Source of the DNA: Puniceicoccales bacterium
GTDB taxonomy: Bacteria; Verrucomicrobiota; Verrucomicrobiia; Opitutales; JAIRLM01
Length of the DNA stretch: 60,550 nt
NCBI GenBank assembly: GCA_031268315.1
Contig: JAIRXK010000040.1
Span: forward strand, 1-60,550
Direction: 5' to 3'
Numbering within the stretch: the first letter of the stretch is position 1; the number at the start of each line of letters is the position of its first letter. This document shows positions 57,552 to 60,550 of this stretch, one piece after another. The position numbers and the translations under genes are program-made. The notes beneath the pieces were generated by a model that saw only the letters and a program-made list of their open reading frames with translations, did no database searches and was not told the origin of the DNA.

Positions 57552-59513
57552 TCATTTTTTCTTTGTGCGCCGATCAATTTCGCTCTGAAATGCATCAATA
57601 TATCCTTCAAACGCAATTTTTGCTGACCGTTTTGCCTCATTTGTCGATTTTCCTCCGCGGTAGAAGAGGTAGCACTTCATCTTGGGCTCTGTGCCACTGG
57701 CGCGAAATGCCAAACGAAAGTCGTCCTCAAAGTCAAGAATCCAAAATGCCTGTTTTGCAATTACTTTGCCATCTGCGTCACAGATGTGATCCTTCGAAAA
57801 ATCCATGCAATGGGTTATTTTTTTTCCTGCCAATGCGGTAAGCGGATGCGTCGTAAACGACTTCAGGCATTGATTCATGGCATCCAATCCATCGGCACCG
57901 GGGTAATAAATAGTGTGGAGACATTCTCCATAGTAGCCATGGCACCCGTAAATTTTATCCAGATAATCCAGAGCCGTTAATTGCTGGCTTCGAAGCCAGG
58001 AAAATAGCTCGCAAATCATCGCAACCGCCGCATGGGAATCCTTGTCTCGAGTTCTATCGCACCCCATGTATCCGCAGCTTTCCTCGGCACCTAAAATAAA
58101 AAAGGTGGAATGACGCAGCAGGAGTTCCCGCTTTGTTTCCGAAGAAAGTGCCTGATAGTCAATGGAATGGCCGGTTGCGCGCAAAATTTCCGCCTTCATT
58201 TTTTCTTCGTAGTCTTGCAATTTCTCACCGATCCATTTAAACCCGATGAGCGTGCGAATTATTTTTATTTCCGCCTCCTTTGCGAGTACGTCAAGCAGTG
58301 GTGTGGTAACATAGGAGGCAATGATGGCGGCATTTTTAAAATTTTTTTCACCGAACCAGCCCAACCTATTCATGGCTTCCAGCCGATAGGCAGCGAGCAA
58401 AACTGCGGTTTGATTTCCCGTCAAAATTTCCATCTGCCCATCCCGATTCCTGCAGGCAATGGCCATGCGATCTGCGTCCGGATCGGTGGCAATGGCGAGG
58501 TCAATGTTTTTTTCATTGGCAAGCTGGATGACCCGGGTGAACGCCTCTGGAATTTCGGGATTAGGCAGTTTAACCGTCGAGAAATTTGGATCGAGTTGGC
58601 ACTGGTCTTCCACAGGATAGCACTGAACATTCAAGCTTTCCAGCAGCGGTTTCATGATTGCATAGCCGGTTCCATGCAATGGGCTGTAGGCGATGGAAAT
58701 GGGATATTTGTCGAGTGAGGAGCGGTCTACGATGGATTCTTCAAGGCATTGGCGGTAGATCTCATCGACACCCTGGGGCAGGAATTTATAGCCAATTTCT
58801 TCACCATTCAGCTGCGATAGAACCAGGCAAACATCTTCCACTCCAAAGCCATTGTAGTTGGATGTAATGGCAGAGGCGTGGGGTTCAACAACTTGAGCAC
58901 CGTCCGCAAAGTAGGCCTTAAATCCATTATCATGGTAGGGATTGTGACTTGCCGTAATGACAACGCCGGCAGTTGCATGCAAATGCCGCACGAAAAAACT
59001 GAGTTGGGGCGTCGACCGTGGGGAGTCAAAAACCAGAGCATGGCCACCGAGAATTTTCCATATTCCCGCGGAAATCTCCGCAAAATGGCGAGAGAAAAAT
59101 CGATTATCATAGGCGATGACCAATTTCGGAATGTCAAACCGATCGCTGTGGCAGAGTAGCCAATTTTCACAGTGATTGTAGAGAGCCATAGTGGCGCGGG
59201 CAATATTGACATCGTTGATGCAGGTGGATCCGACTGCAGCATTTATGGGCATACCCGACGAATCCACTTCCTGGGGAGTTTGGTAATTGCCAATCACTCG
59301 ACCGCGTATTCCCGCTGTGCCAAAGGCGGTGGTTGTAAAAAATCGATCATTGAGTTCATCCCATTTTTCCCGCTCCAGCAGGCAGTTGATGGAGTCCTTG
59401 GCCCACTGAGGCAAATGGACCGCACCCCGCCACGCTGCAATATTTTCCGCCGATTCCGGCCGCAACTTTCCGCCGGCCAGCGCCTCATTATGGCACTCTC
59501 TCCAGAAACCCAT
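57552..59513 (-). CDS. Phospho-sugar mutase (alpha-D-phosphohexomutase family, PgcA-like phosphoglucomutase)
   Basis: Active-site phosphoserine loop GVVITASHNPYHDNGFK, metal-binding loop ATDPDADRM and sugar-binding GAEESCGY. Length is 653 aa. Confidence 0.9.
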   Translation of the reverse strand: MGFWRECHNEALAGGKLRPESAENIAAWRGAVHLPQWAKDSINCLLEREKWDELNDRFFTTTAFGTAGIRGRVIGNYQTPQEVDSSGMPINAAVGSTCINDVNIARATMALYNHCENWLLCHSDRFDIPKLVIAYDNRFFSRHFAEISAGIWKILGGHALVFDSPRSTPQLSFFVRHLHATAGVVITASHNPYHDNGFKAYFADGAQVVEPHASAITSNYNGFGVEDVCLVLSQLNGEEIGYKFLPQGVDEIYRQCLEESIVDRSSLDKYPISIAYSPLHGTGYAIMKPLLESLNVQCYPVEDQCQLDPNFSTVKLPNPEIPEAFTRVIQLANEKNIDLAIATDPDADRMAIACRNRDGQMEILTGNQTAVLLAAYRLEAMNRLGWFGEKNFKNAAIIASYVTTPLLDVLAKEAEIKIIRTLIGFKWIGEKLQDYEEKMKAEILRATGHSIDYQALSSETKRELLLRHSTFFILGAEESCGYMGCDRTRDKDSHAAVAMICELFSWLRSQQLTALDYLDKIYGCHGYYGECLHTIYYPGADGLDAMNQCLKSFTTHPLTALAGKKITHCMDFSKDHICDADGKVIAKQAFWILDFEDDFRLAFRASGTEPKMKCYLFYRGGKSTNEAKRSAKIAFEGYIDAFQSEIDRRTKKK

Positions 59514-59774
59514 AAATCCATTTTTGCGGCAAAAGTAGAATAGGCAATACTTATTTCAACCGATTAATCGCAAAAATAAGGCCAAATTGCATGCTCCACC
59601 GTACACTTTAACCTGGTCCGCCATGGTAGCGCATATGTCTCCGCCGATGAAAGACTCATGGATTTGCGCTTCGAAATACTAAATGATTTTGAAGTGAAAT
59701 CATCCAGACTTAGTTTTGATAAATTAGATGGCGGAAGTGAGCTAAAAGAAAAATAAGTACCCCGATCGCATAAT

Positions 59775-60550
59775 TCAAAATCCAAGATTAATTGCCAGTA
59801 TTGCAATGGCGATTACCGCTTTCGCAGAGGCCCAAACACGGAAACGTGAAAAATCTTCTCCCACTAATTTTTTCAGTTTTTGATTAAAATTTTCGACGCG
59901 ATGGTGAGTTTTTAATTTTCGTTTTTCTTCTTTTGAATTCTGTATTTTCATATTTTTCCGCTTCTTCGCTATAAACTTTAAATTCTTCTGCATTAGGCGA
60001 TTAGTTTTTTTGTAACCGCTGTCGCTAATAGCGCTTCCGGTGCAGTTTTTAAGCAACATCTCTCAAAAGCAAACATCGTGTGCGGATCCATTTGAAAAGC
60101 AAAAATTTATGGCAATCGCACCTTCGGCATTAGTTGCGATATGGACTTTAAATCCGAAAATAGTTTTAATAGAACTAACGGGCCTTTACATGACTTCCCA
60201 CATTACTTTAATGCGTTTAATGCGAACATGTAAGCAAAGTTTCATTGGAGCAGAATCGACAAAGAAATCTCCATGTGACACTTTGAAACAAAGAGCTTTT
60301 TTAAATTCGGTCCAAATTTTTAGAAAATATTTCATAATTGAAGTATAGTGAGGAAACGTTGGGAAAAAATCTTCTAAAAGTGGGCGCATTGGCCCGTGAT
60401 AAAATGTCTTAAAATCCTTCATGCCAGCTAGTTGCCAGAAGATCGTTAATGTCAGAAAATAAGCCGTGGACAATAAAAAGGCGGCCTTTTTTCGGCTGCA
60501 ATTTAGGGAAATTTTTTCCGCAAAAAGCGCAAATGGCTTTAAAAATATAC
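59775..60550 (-). mobile_element. IS982-family transposase remnant (pseudogene), running off the window edge
   Basis: The minus-strand pieces read like IS982 Tnp but lie in different frames. They are ...CAFCGKNFPKLQPKKGRLF / LSTAYFLTLTIFWQLAGMKDFKTFY...FPTFPHYTSIMKYF...FVDSAPMKLC / SSIKTIFGFKVHIATNAEGAIAINFCFSNGSAHD-stop- / GSAISDSGYKK...KKRKNMK...HHRVENFNQKLK. There are at least two frameshifts (about 60475 and 60185) and one in-frame stop (about 60062). Confidence 0.7.

Noticed and set aside
60040-60348. 102-aa plus-strand ORF within the IS982 remnant
   Set aside because: The minus-strand translation matches IS982 transposase blocks across this interval, so the plus-strand ORF is antisense noise.

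Overview
This is a moderately AT-rich bacterial chromosomal segment. No rRNA, CRISPR array, intact mobile element or recognisable restriction, toxin-antitoxin or Cas defence operon was found. The gene content includes a Kdo transferase, an isolated type III secretion secretin with a class-I-type chaperone, and the end of a Pmp-like autotransporter. It also includes several proteins with Inc-type bilobed hydrophobic hairpins, LRR proteins, scattered glycogen genes (GH13 debranching enzyme, glgB, phospho-sugar mutase), Mur ligases, nrdR and a HIT protein. By inference this points to an environmental (amoeba-associated type) member of the Chlamydiota/PVC group. Housekeeping genes identified by textbook motifs are waaA, an msbA-like ABC exporter, accC, cysS, metG, nrdR, truB, hisS, gmk, mutL, lepB, a SurA-like chaperone, tRNA-Tyr and tRNA-Phe. 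The stand-out feature is one uninterrupted 12.8 kb ORF (39220..52038, minus strand, 4,272 aa). It combines a long unrecognisable N-terminal region, a P-loop/DEVH NTPase module resembling the eukaryote-type DUF3638/DUF3645 architecture, an internal Inc-like hydrophobic hairpin and a C-terminal PI3/4-kinase/HipA-like catalytic-loop signature. It sits directly against a tRNA-Phe gene. I read it as a candidate giant membrane-anchored effector of undescribed function. Other notable items are listed below.
- An ECF sigma / anti-sigma / HtrA-like operon in which the protease homologue has lost all three catalytic-triad residues.
- An apparent MurE-MurD fusion.
- An accC-asp23 translationally coupled pair without accB.
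- Two AT-rich Inc-like genes, one carrying a perfect 3 x 12 bp in-frame tandem repeat.
- Two stretches of decayed coding sequence.
- A frameshifted IS982-family transposase remnant at the right edge.
All calls come from reading the translated ORFs and the DNA by eye. No database search or alignment was run.
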